Assembly (NCBI GenBank): GCA_965198235.1
Contig: OZ240248.1
Location: forward strand, 4,448,001-4,512,000
DNA: 64,000 bases
Reading direction: 5' to 3'
DNA from: Candidatus Poribacteria bacterium
GTDB lineage: Bacteria > Poribacteria > WGA-4E > WGA-3G
Positions 9,533 through 20,006 of the stretch are shown one piece after another (the first letter of the stretch is position 1; the number at the start of each line of letters is the position of its first letter). The position numbers and the translations under genes are program-made. The notes beneath the pieces are model-generated. The model was given only the letters and a program-made list of their open reading frames with translations, was not told the origin of the DNA and did no database searches.

Positions 9533-10905
9533 ATGAGAACCGCAAAACTGATCACGATGGGCTGTAAGGTCAACCAATACGATACCCAATCCATGCGCGA
9601 GACCCTTCGACGCAACGGATATACTATTGTTGACGAAGAAACATCACAACAGCAGACAGACCTCTATCTCATCAATACATGTACCGTAACAAACACCGCC
9701 GACCAGAAAGCACGGCAAGTTATTCGGAGAGCGATTCGACAGCATCCGACCGCAAAAGTGCTCGTCACAGGCTGCTATGCTGAAAGCGACCGCGAGGCGA
9801 TTGAAGAGATACCCGGCGTGACGTTCGTTTTCGGCAACCGAGAAAAGGCGGATTTTCAGCAGTATCTCGATGTATTGCACACCGAAACATCATCTGGAGC
9901 GAGGTTAGAAACCTCGCCAGCAGAGGTGCCTGACACGCCTAACCCACTCCTCGCTATAGAACCCGTTCAACACGATGCCATCCGTGAACACGCACGTTTT
10001 AGCAAAGGTGTCAGTGATGCCGGCAAACGCACGCGTGCGCTCATCAAGGTGCAAGACGGATGTAGTGCCTTCTGTACCTACTGCATTATCCCGTACGTGC
10101 GCGGTAGAATGACAAGCCGTCCACTCGATGACATCGCCGACGAAGCACATCGCATCGCTGACAGCGGTATCAAAGAGGTGGTCATCACAGGCGTACATCT
10201 CGGTGCTTACGGCGTAGACACCGGCAGAGAAAAAGACATTGCCAACATCTTAGAGCATATCCACGACATCGACGGCATTGAGCGTATCCGCTTCAGCTCG
10301 ATCGAACCGATGTATTTTCCAGATACCCTTGGCGAGCGGATGGCGGCACTTCCAAAATGCATGCCGCACTTTCACCTCCCGCTCCAAGCCGGTTCAGATG
10401 AGGTGTTGCGACAGATGCGTCGGCGTTATACGACAGCAGAATTCGCTCATCTCGTTGAAAACTTACGACGCGTCTTTGGTGATGATGTCGGGATTACCAC
10501 CGATATTATGGTCGGGTTTCCCGGCGAAACGGATGTCCATTTTGAGGCATCATGTCAATTTGTCGAGGACATCGAATTCAGCCAACTGCATGTGTTCCGT
10601 TATTCGCCCCGAAAAGGCACACCTGCGGCGACCTATCCGATCAGGTGTCCCCACACGCCTCTGCAGCACGCAGCCAAACGATGATTGCGCTTGGCGAACG
10701 CTTAAACACAGCATTTCGACAACGGATGCTTGGAAAACAGAAAGCGGTGCTCATCGAAGCGAGCAGAGAAGGGAAAAACAACCACCTCGCAGGCTTTACT
10801 GACAACTATCTTCGTGTCCTTGTGGATGCGCCAGAGAGTGCAATCAATCAGATTCAGAGGGTTACTCTCGGTGCGTTAGAAGGGGACTGCATCGCTGCCG
10901 CCTAA
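9533..10905 (+). CDS. mtaB: tRNA t6A37 methylthiotransferase MtaB with an apparent 1-bp frameshift near 10638
   Basis: TMGCKVNQYD, INTCTVT, radical SAM CxxxCxxC, YSPRKGTPAA; C-terminus (DQVSP...GFTDNYLRV) continues in another frame. Confidence 0.85.
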
Positions 10906-10907
10906 TC

Positions 10908-13595
10908 CTAAGATTCCTCCGCCTTCGCCTTCAAATCATAGAGAATATTCACCGCATCCAAAGGGGTTACCTGCGTGAGTTCCAACCGTCGGATCTCTTC
11001 GACGAGCGGATGCGTCTTCGGTGTAAAGAGCGCCATCTGTAGGGAATCGCTTTGCAGCGTCTTTCGGGAGACGCGGCGGCGCGGTTTCGGCAGTGTCGGA
11101 TGTGCTTTCGGTGGCTGACCCGTTGCCCCATCCGCTTCAACACTGAGATTGTGCTGTTCAAGCACCTCAAGTATCTGCTGCGCGCGTGTGATTACAACTT
11201 GGGGTAGTCCTGCGAGCCGTGCGACGTGGATACCGTAACTCTGGTCTGCGCCCCCGGGGACAACTTTTCGGAGAAAGGTTACTTTCTGTCCATCTTCATG
11301 AACGGCGACATTGTAGTTCTTGGCGCGTTTATATTTGCTGGCGAGTTCCACCAACTCGTGATAGTGCGTTGCGAAGAGCGTTTTCGCACCCATCCGCTTT
11401 TCATCTAAGAGATACTCCGAAACTGCCCATGCGATGCTGAGTCCATCAAACGTGCTGGTGCCGCGTCCAACTTCATCAAAGATAATAAGGCTGTTGCGGG
11501 TGGCATTGTTGAGGATATTCGCCGTCTCGTTCATCTCAACGAGGAAAGTGCTCTGCCCCATGACGAGGTTGTCCGACGCACCGACCCGTGTGAAAATTCG
11601 GTCTACCAAGCCGATCTTCGCAGCGGAGGCAGGCACAAAACATCCGATCTGTGCCATCAAAACGATGAGTGCCGTCTGACGCAGATAAGTACTCTTGCCA
11701 CTCATGTTCGGTCCCGTGATGATATGCAGTTGCTCATCGTCGCAGTTGAGTAGTGTATCGTTGGGCACAAACCCCTCTTGTGTGAACAATTGCTCGACGA
11801 CTGGATGTCTACCATCTCGGATAACGATTTCGTCCACCGCTGCTACGGTAGGCTTCACATAGTTGTATTTCGATGCGATATACGCGAAATTGGCAAGGAC
11901 ATCAATCATCGCGAGTGCTGCTGCGATCTTTTGAATAACTTCCGTATATTTCGACACATCATCGCGAATCTGACAGAAGAGTTCATACTCCAAGGTCTGT
12001 ATCCGATCCTCGGCGTTCAGGACCTTCGCCTCCTGCTCCTTGAGTTCAGGGGTAATGAACCGTTCGGAGTTCCGAAGCGTCTGTTTACGGATATAATGCT
12101 CAGGCACCATGTGCAGATTCGGCTTCGTCACGTCAATATAGTAACCGAAGACTTGGTTGAATCCGATTTTCAAGGATTGGATACCGCTGCGTTTGCGCTC
12201 CTCTTCCTGCATAGCGGCTATCCAGTCCTTTCCCTGCCCTACAATCTGCCGAAGTTCATCGAGTTCCTCACTATAACCGTCATTTACGATGCCGCCTTCA
12301 CGGATTGTCGCGGGTGGATTCGGATGGATGCCGTGTTCAATCAACGCAATTAAGTCTGGAAGTGGATCCAAAGTGTCATTGAGGGATACCAACAAGGCAC
12401 TACTGCAGTTTTGGAGCTGCGCTTTAACATCGGGAATCAGACGAAGGGAATCCTTGAGCGCATGCAGGTCGCGTCCGTTCACAGAACCGAGACTGATACG
12501 GGAAATGAGTCGCTCGACATCGTACATCTGTCCGAGTGCATCCCGCAACTCCTCCTGCAAGTTAATCTGGGTTTTGAGCTCATCGACCGCGCTGAGGCGT
12601 TCCTCAATCTCTTTTTCATCAAGCAGAGGCTGTAAGAGGCACTGACGCATCCTTCTGCCCCCCATCGCCGTCACCGTCTCATCAAGGACTTCAAGGAGTG
12701 TGCCTTTCGTGGAACCGTCACGAATGGCGGCTGTCAGTTCAAGGTTGCGCTGCGTATCGGCATCCAGCACCATGAAATCCGAGAGCGTATAGGTGTGAAG
12801 CGAAACGATATGTTCGACTTCCTGTTTCTGCGTTTCGTTTAGGTAATAGATGAGCGCGCCCGCGGCAGAGATAGCAGTCGGAAGGTGTTCGCACCCGAAT
12901 CCGTCCAGCGAAATCGTTTGGAAATGTTGGAGGAGCTCCGTCCGCGCTGTATCCAATTCAAATCGCCAGTCGGGTAGGTCATTGAGCGTCACTTTGAGTT
13001 CCGTTTTGAGACGATCAAACATCTCTTCATCCTCGAAAGTGTCGGCAAAGAGGCACTCTTTCGGGGAAAAACGGTGGATATCCGCCCAGAGACGTGAAGG
13101 ATCTGTGAGTTCGGTTACCAGAAATTCGCCTGTGGAGAGATCGGCAACAGCGACACCGTAAGTGTCTTTGTTGAGATAAATCGAGATGATGTAGTTGTTC
13201 ACCTTATGCTCCAGCACCTTTGGATCGGTCACCGTGCCGGGTGTAACGATCCGGACGACATCGCGTTTGACGAGTCGATTTTCATCTCGTGCGAGTTTTG
13301 CGTCCTCGGTCTGCTCCAAAATGGCGACTTTATGTCCGGCTTTGACGAGTTTGTAGAGATAGGAGTCGAGTGCGTGGTGAGGGATACCTGCCATCGGTGG
13401 CGGCGGGTTTTTCTGGTTTTTATGACTTCTCGCTGTCAAGGCGATCTCAAGCAGGCGGGCAATGAGTTCGGCATCTTCAAAGAAGGCTTCATAGAAATCG
13501 CCGACTCGACACAGCAGTATGGCATCTCCGTGCTGTTTTTTTACGTGTTTATAAAGCTCCATTAATGACAGATCCGACTGTTTTGAACGTGCCAT
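10908..13595 (-). CDS. mutS: DNA mismatch repair protein MutS
   Basis: GDFYEAF, TGPNMSGKSTYLRQ, STFLVEM, DEVGRGTST, FATHYHEL, SYGIHVA. Confidence 0.97.
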   Translation of the reverse strand: MARSKQSDLSLMELYKHVKKQHGDAILLCRVGDFYEAFFEDAELIARLLEIALTARSHKNQKNPPPPMAGIPHHALDSYLYKLVKAGHKVAILEQTEDAKLARDENRLVKRDVVRIVTPGTVTDPKVLEHKVNNYIISIYLNKDTYGVAVADLSTGEFLVTELTDPSRLWADIHRFSPKECLFADTFEDEEMFDRLKTELKVTLNDLPDWRFELDTARTELLQHFQTISLDGFGCEHLPTAISAAGALIYYLNETQKQEVEHIVSLHTYTLSDFMVLDADTQRNLELTAAIRDGSTKGTLLEVLDETVTAMGGRRMRQCLLQPLLDEKEIEERLSAVDELKTQINLQEELRDALGQMYDVERLISRISLGSVNGRDLHALKDSLRLIPDVKAQLQNCSSALLVSLNDTLDPLPDLIALIEHGIHPNPPATIREGGIVNDGYSEELDELRQIVGQGKDWIAAMQEEERKRSGIQSLKIGFNQVFGYYIDVTKPNLHMVPEHYIRKQTLRNSERFITPELKEQEAKVLNAEDRIQTLEYELFCQIRDDVSKYTEVIQKIAAALAMIDVLANFAYIASKYNYVKPTVAAVDEIVIRDGRHPVVEQLFTQEGFVPNDTLLNCDDEQLHIITGPNMSGKSTYLRQTALIVLMAQIGCFVPASAAKIGLVDRIFTRVGASDNLVMGQSTFLVEMNETANILNNATRNSLIIFDEVGRGTSTFDGLSIAWAVSEYLLDEKRMGAKTLFATHYHELVELASKYKRAKNYNVAVHEDGQKVTFLRKVVPGGADQSYGIHVARLAGLPQVVITRAQQILEVLEQHNLSVEADGATGQPPKAHPTLPKPRRRVSRKTLQSDSLQMALFTPKTHPLVEEIRRLELTQVTPLDAVNILYDLKAKAEES

Positions 13596-13705
13596 AGAGT
13601 TTCCTTGGTTGTAATTTGCGTGGCTGTTTTTTGGACGAAGGGTCAATTTTAAGTACCGTAGCACATTCTGAACCTTATGTCAAGCCTTTTTCGGAGAGTC
13701 CTACT

Positions 13706-13923
13706 GTAGGAGCGACCTCCTGGTCGCGAGGCATTAACTCTGAAAAGCAACGACGCGCATTTCACAGTTTTCATAGCAAAACCCGAAAAGTGATGGATTT
13801 CAGAAAGGGCTGTAAGTCTACGCCACGACTGGGTTGAGGACAGTTTTATAGAAGTTTGCTATGAAGTTTGCTATGAAAATTTCATAGCAGGGAGAGAAGT
13901 CGGGATTCGGAAGTCTCTTCTAT
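13706..13923. repeat. Inverted REP pair enclosing TTTGCTATGAA iteron-like repeats
   Basis: REP at 13706 (+) and 13899 (-); ttcatagcaaa 13770, tttgctatgaa 13855 and 13867, ttcatagca 13881. Confidence 0.6.
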
Positions 13924-13955
13924 GGAGATTTTCGCTACACGGTAGGTGCGGTTTC

Positions 13956-14120
13956 ATGAAGATTCAGAATTTAATTCAGTAATGTATGGGAAACCGGCAC
14001 AAGACCTGGGGGCAGGCACAAGACCTGGGGGCAGGCACAAGACCTGGGAAACACCCAAGCAAAAACCCCCTACAGTGATTTTTTCGGATAGAATTACCGA
14101 AATATTTATTTAAACTTCAT
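13956..14120 (+). mobile_element. MITE-like element (ATGAAG...CTTCAT ends), copy 1, inserted in a REP
   Basis: Ends match the copies at 26690-26835 and 46695-46832; flanks rejoin to ggtaggtgcggtttc|ccaaccgcac. Confidence 0.75.
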
Positions 14121-14153
14121 CCAACCGCACTGGTATCAATGGAATTGTAGATA

Positions 14154-16410
14154 TTAACCTTCAGAAGCAACCCGTTTATTCAATTCTTGTCCCAGCAGTT
14201 GTGGGTCCCTACAGACGAGAAAATCCCATTTCTTCAGTTTACCCCAGTTATTAACTGCGGAGATCCATCGTCTGGCAGCAGCGTGTTTGGCGTGAACTTG
14301 ATCGGGCTCAAAACCTTTGATTTCCAAAACGAGATTGACTCCATTTTTGAGTCTGACGATAAAATCAGGTTCGTAGAGGTGAGATATGCCATCGTGTTCA
14401 TAGGGAATTCCGAGACCGAGATGATCATTGCGCACATAACACTCTACAACCTCTGATTGCTCAAGTCGAAATTTGGCTGCACGTTCCCATGTGTCCGTAT
14501 CCAGCACGACCTGATTCACATGACTCCACTGCGTTTCCACACACGAACGGGGCGTGAGAAAGTCAACATCAGCAGATGTACCGATCGGCGCATAGCGGTT
14601 CAGGATGGGGAGGAGCGGAATTTCACCCTTTGTCTCATCGGGTTGAATCGCCGTCATGAGTCGTTCCACAATACGCGTGACGTATTTTTCTTGTCCGAGT
14701 TCACACGGATTACACCCGCGGAAATTCACCTTTGTTTTCACGTAGGCATCAACGAACCTGAAAACCTGTGGAAAGAGACGATGCCGAGAAAGCAACCGGA
14801 GTTTGGGATTGCTGTCTGGGTCTGGAGCAGTTTGGCTATCGCCGACCAATTTGTGGACGATCCGATGCGCAATCTCAAACTGAATGGCTTGCAGATGTGT
14901 CGTCCGATAAAATTCCTCACGATCCTGTAGGACTGCGCCGCCGGGCCCTGATGCGGAAGGGATGCCGGTTTCGTATCCGACAGCGGCTTTAACATAGAGC
15001 GCGGTCGGGTTAATTTCGGGTTGAATGCTGAGCGGTTCCGTTGATGCAATATCCGCTTTGATTTCGTTTTTCTGAAGGGCAAAGGCGTACCCTTCAACAA
15101 CCGGAAATCGAATCTCAAAATGTTCACGATCAGGGAGGGCACGGACGTGGTTTTTCGGCTTGTCATCGGGGGCGCGGGCACCTGTGGCTCTGCCCCTAAA
15201 GGGTATAACGGAGAAGGGGATGCCGTAGACATCGACGTATTCCTCGGTAAGCAGCCCGGTTTCTGGGTCGGGTGTGTAATTCATGCGGCGTAACCCGCGC
15301 CCGACGACCTGTTCACAGAGCAACTGGCTGCTAAAGGCGCGCAGCCCTAAAATATGTGTGACGTTGCTGGCATCCCAACCTTCGTTGAGCATCGCGACAG
15401 AGACAACGCATCGGATCTGTTCACCCGGCTGTCCTCGCTTGCCGATTGTAGCGACGATTTGTCGTAAATCTTCGGCGGCTTGGCTTCGGTTTTTTGTGGG
15501 ATCTTCGCTCTCCGCTTCTGCCAGCATTTTGCTATCAATGCGCAGTGTTCGTGTAACCCCTTCACTGTTTGCGAGCAGCTCAGGAAAGATCGCGCCCTGT
15601 TCATAGACTATTTTCGTCTGCTTTTTCTTTCGGCGTCCACTGGTGCTGCCATCATCAACGACTTCGGTCTCGCTTTCCCCAGAAATTTTTCGATAAAAAT
15701 ACTCCGCAATATTGGTATCAGCACAGACGATAATCAGGACGGGTGGTGTTTTTTCTTGAGCATCTGATGCTTCTTGAATGTATTCAAAACGTTCTTTCCA
15801 CTGGCTGGCAAGCGTGATGAGTGCCGCTTCCGCCTCGCGATAGATGGCTTCCGGTTTAGGTGTTCTCCGCCGCCTACCCGGGGACGTGTCTGCAGCCGAG
15901 AGATCGTCACTGATCGTCTTCCACAATCGGAAGAACTTCGGCTCGGGTCTGCCGGTGGTATCACTGACGGGCAATCTGGGAATCTTGGTGATGCCGCTCT
16001 CAATGGCGTCCACCAAACCGAAATCACTGACGAGCCAAGGGAAAGGTGAACCTTCCGGGTGCCCGCTGCCTTGAATATAGAACGGTGTGGCAGAGAGATC
16101 TACGCAAAACTTCACACCACACGCTTGGTTGAATGCGTCTAAGCCATTCACCCAGACGGTGGCTTCTTGGCGCTCCTTTTTTTCCTCAGCAGAGAGTTTA
16201 TCTTCAGTATCCGCGGGACGATAGGCGTGATGCCCCTCATCATTAAGGACCATAAGTGGCGCACGGTCATAGAGTTCGCCTAAGACGCGCTTGGCAAAAG
16301 CGTCCGGTGTTTCGTCACCTTTATCGACAACAGTGTAAGTTTGACCGCCTTCGCTATGCGGGGATTCCGGTGCGAATTGATGCCAATTCGTGACCAATAC
16401 CTTCCCGCTT
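14154..16410 (-). pseudogene. res: Type III restriction endonuclease Res, C-terminal part
   Basis: SGKVLVTNWH, NDEGHHAY, DLSATPF, CVVSVAMLNEGWD, QVVGRGLRR, YEPDF...LEIKG nuclease; helicase motif I absent. Confidence 0.85.
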
Positions 16411-16570
16411 TTGAATCTTTTGAATGGGACTGGATAAAGAATACACCTCTGATATTATCAGCAGTATCATTATCTTTGAGCGTGCTCAGGACGCGTTGAG
16501 TTTTATTGGCACTCCCCGCTCCATGATGCGGTCCATCATCGAAGGTTAGGATGATATCTACATTTGCCAT
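16405..16570 (-). pseudogene. Truncated polysaccharide deacetylase N-terminus
   Basis: ILTFDDGP NodB motif; the ORF runs out of frame into res sequence. Confidence 0.6.
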
Positions 16571-16632
16571 GATTTAAATTATCCTTTTATGGTAAAATAA
16601 GCTCCAAAACCTAATGTCTGGAGATTGGTTAA

Positions 16633-17145
16633 ATGTTTAGGAAGAAACTCTCCCTACTCTGCTGTTTATTCAGCATACTTGTTATGTTCCAAGGTTGCAC
16701 TTCAAAATCTAATGACACCCGGCTCCGCGAAACATTTACCGAATATGAATCTCAATACGAAAACGGATACATACCGCCCCGTCCGTACGAATCCATAGCA
16801 CTCATGGATGCGAACCTATCCGTAAAGGATTTAGAACGCTTGCTCGATCTCATAGAAGCCCGTATCAATGCCCAAACTCTCAAAGACTCTCTCGCCATAG
16901 AAGCGAAAATAGATAAACAATTAAGTCGCCTCTTTAATGCGATTTGTCCTATAGAAGGTAAACTAAAGTATGGCAGCGGCAGATCCTTTGATGGATACTA
17001 TGTTCCAAGAATTAACCGTCGCGTGAGAGATATTCTCCATGAATTTTCTCGGATACGGACACACGAAGCACTATCAACCGCAAGACAAGTCGTTTTCGAT
17101 ACCGAAGTCCAAATCCAAAGACAACTGAACCTCATTGATTGGTAG
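16633..17145 (+). CDS. Putative lipoprotein
   Basis: Signal peptide with lipobox-like FQGC; GGAG RBS. Confidence 0.65.
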   Translation: MFRKKLSLLCCLFSILVMFQGCTSKSNDTRLRETFTEYESQYENGYIPPRPYESIALMDANLSVKDLERLLDLIEARINAQTLKDSLAIEAKIDKQLSRLFNAICPIEGKLKYGSGRSFDGYYVPRINRRVRDILHEFSRIRTHEALSTARQVVFDTEVQIQRQLNLIDW

Positions 17146-17258
17146 AGCTGTTACGCTCCTTCCCTACAGCGACAGCACGCATCAAAATAAACGATCATGT
17201 CGTACCTGAAATGGTGTGGTTTCCGAACCTCGCCCATCCGATTTTTGTGTCAGACACC

Positions 17259-17471
17259 TTAAGACTTCTCATAAGCCTCAATCACTTTCTCCGCTGCCAT
17301 GAGTTCAGAATTCGCATCTTCAAGAAGCGTCTTCAAATCCGCGTTTTCACTTTCTAAGACCTGAATGCGCTTCGCATTCCCGCTAAAGATCTCTTTGATT
17401 CGGGCACTCAGCGAAAGCTTCTTTTCTCTCCGAGGTCGCTGGACTTTTGCGTCGGTTTCCATGGTATCCAC
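17259..17471 (-). CDS. Small coiled-coil hypothetical protein
   Basis: Strong AAGGAGGT RBS; heptad-rich C-terminus. Confidence 0.65.
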   Translation of the reverse strand: MDTMETDAKVQRPRREKKLSLSARIKEIFSGNAKRIQVLESENADLKTLLEDANSELMAAEKVIEAYEKS

Positions 17472-17528
17472 CTCCTTTATTGACTTCGTTCGTAATTTGA
17501 TATACTACAATTGTCACTAACTACAACA

Positions 17529-17890
17529 CTACTCCGTCTCTATCCCCACATATTGAGTGAGATTGTAAATATGATACAAAACTTGCATACGCGCTTGAAG
17601 GTACGCCGCACGTTCCTTGTGATACGGAAGACTCCCTGCATCTAAAGTATCCAGATACTCGTCAATATAGCGCAGCATGCGTTTGGATTCATCAAGGTGT
17701 GCTTCAGAAGAAGTCCACTGAAAATCATCGAGATGCCACACAAAATCAGGATCCACTTCAGCGGTTTCCGGTGATACCGCCGCTGGGGGTTGGATCGGAA
17801 TTGCTGCCGCCTCCTCATCATTGCTTTTATAGATACCATACAGGATAAAACACAACCAAAGCAGAACAACAACGCCTAACACAATATTAA
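17529..17890 (-). pseudogene. 5'-truncated membrane-anchored hypothetical protein
   Basis: TM helix immediately after the junction with the res N-terminus; no native start visible. Confidence 0.45.
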
Positions 17891-18168
17891 CCCTTTCGGT
17901 AATTCGTCTCGCGCCAGCGTTCGACATCTGCGCGGAGGGCGTTGACTAACGGGAGATCATCCCATTCCTCTTCTCGGAACATTTGGAGTTGTGCGCTGCC
18001 AGTGCGTTGGGTTTTATACCAATAGCCTGCGTCGCGCCGTCCGGATTGCTTGACGGCTTCGCCGGTGAGGGTATCGTAGATCCAATGTGCGTTCGGTTTT
18101 TCGTAGGGACAGCACAAGATGGGTTGTTCTACGGGTTGGATTGGGATGTCGGGACGGTCTTGGTTCAT
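17887..18168 (-). pseudogene. res: Type III Res N-terminal fragment
   Basis: VEQPILCCPYEKPNAHW...GRRDAGY...LVNALRADVERWR is typical of this Res family's N-terminus; stops abruptly. Confidence 0.8.
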
Positions 18169-18210
18169 GAAGGTTCCTCATTTTCTGTGTATATTCTATG
18201 ATGTTTATTC

Positions 18211-19202
18211 CTATTTGTGATAATAAGGAAAGTCCCAATTCCACTCATCCCAATCCTTATTATACAGATCAGATGTCTCGAGCCGCTTGCGAACTGCTAC
18301 ACTGTATACCGAATCATCCCACCAACGCATATAACCGTCGCCACCACCTGGCATCTTTAGATCCAAATAATAGTCAGCTAGACCACGCAACGCCGGATCC
18401 TCCCATGCAAGTAATTTCGACAAATTGGAGATAAGGGAACCAATTGGAGTAAAATGCTCAATTTGTTCATTAGGGAAGGGGCAATGCTTAATGTGCGAGG
18501 TCAGTGCTACATTTAACTTACGCGCTTTGCCTTCATTAGCAGCATGCGTACATCATTGGATAGCGCGTGTGCTACTCTAATCCCTTGTGCCACTTTAAAT
18601 AACGTCCATGTGGTAAGATCAGCAACACAAAGCAAATCGAGGCCTAGGCGCGGATGCGACACGTGCAATTTATCAGACTCATGTAACTTTTGCTCAATAT
18701 TATTCTCCGGAGTTGAGTTATTACTTTTCCACGAATGCGAATGTGCTAACAACCCATAGACAATAGGGGCGTGCAATTCTTTGTAAGGGGTTCCTTCCCG
18801 GGCAGGATACAAGTTTTTGATTTTTACACAAGTCTTAACGGCTTTCTCAATATGCTCTGCCTTCAATGTGGTTTTACATTCAAACGCTGCGGCGACACCA
18901 GCTGCTAAAAAGATCTTTTCACCTTCGTCAATTAACTGCTTCGGATATATGCTCTTTAGAACTAACACATCAACCTGTGGACTTGTGTGACCGTCTTGAC
19001 CGATGATTCTTCCTTTTGTAACGACTTCATAGGTGCGTGGAAGCCATCCACTCAATAGATCACGCCAATTCTCTTCTCCTTGATCTCCAGCAGTACCCGG
19101 ATCTTCAGATGCTCGTTTTTGAATGTGCTTGTAATTTGCGGCCATCTTGTCCTGCAGCTGCTTCATGAAGTCATGTAAGTCGTGGGTTTTGTCTTCAGGC
19201 AT
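18211..19202 (-). pseudogene. DUF6602-like PD-(D/E)xK nuclease-fold gene, apparently frameshifted
   Basis: GTAGDQGEENW..L...LP, SPQVDV, AFECKTTL; C-terminus FTPIGSLISNLSKLLAWEDP lies in another frame. Confidence 0.65.
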
Positions 19203-19502
19203 TATGTTTCTCCTATGTTATTTGTAACCCAAGTTGCCACCTATTTATTTTCACTGCGAAGCAATAGCACTCCGCTGGAGTGCGGTCGCTTAAATATGCC
19301 GTTTTCTATAGATATAGCACCCCGCTGGGGTGGGGGAGTGCTTGAAAAACCTTCTTTGGACGTTCAAAATTTGTGAGTAGCAACTTGGGTTATATTATCT
19401 ATTTGAAGTGCTGTTGTTTTCGACAACTTTTGCATTACGAGTGTATAAAGGCTTATTCCTGCTTTTTTGGCTTCATCTGTCAGGGCGCGATAAAGTTGTG
19501 CG

Positions 19503-20006
19503 TCAATCGGTTTCCGCCGCCTCTTGCAATACGTCATTCACAAGTGATGCTCCCAGGCGTACTCCGTTCTCTAGCAGTACGTCTAAAAGCGGCTTGATGG
19601 CATCGATCAAGCCGCTTCTCTTTGCTTCCAGCAAAATGCCAACTGTCCCTGTAACTGGTAATCCGATTCGTTTGGCATACCGTCGCGCATCTTTATCGTC
19701 AAGAATAACGAGCCGCGTGCCACGTTCTTTTGCAAGCGCGAAAACTGCGGCTTCTCCGCGATGTATACCCAGCTGAGCCAATTCGTCCAAGGGAGTTATC
19801 AATGTAACAGTCGTAATCCAGGGCACATCTTTGAGTGCCTGCTGACGAGCCATCCGCTCGGTGGCGAGAAACTCATTTTTGACATCTTCTGGAATCAATA
19901 CTTCCTTATAGAGGTCCCGCAGTAGGGAGAGCAGATCGAGTGTCCAGAGTGCAACAAGCGGACTATTATTGCTGATAACTGCTAGCTTCTCTAGCACTCT
20001 CAGCAT
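19503..20006 (-). CDS. DUF3368-family PIN protein
   Basis: VISNNSPL, GEAAVFALA, LDDKDARRYA, GTVGILLEAK. Confidence 0.9.
   Translation of the reverse strand: MLRVLEKLAVISNNSPLVALWTLDLLSLLRDLYKEVLIPEDVKNEFLATERMARQQALKDVPWITTVTLITPLDELAQLGIHRGEAAVFALAKERGTRLVILDDKDARRYAKRIGLPVTGTVGILLEAKRSGLIDAIKPLLDVLLENGVRLGASLVNDVLQEAAETD

Noticed and set aside
13996-14048. 19-bp direct repeats as CRISPR
   Set aside because: Contiguous tandem duplication of a REP half with no spacers
16280-16570. Intact 96-aa deacetylase
   Set aside because: The C-terminal ~40 aa are an out-of-frame reading of res, so the ORF is chimeric
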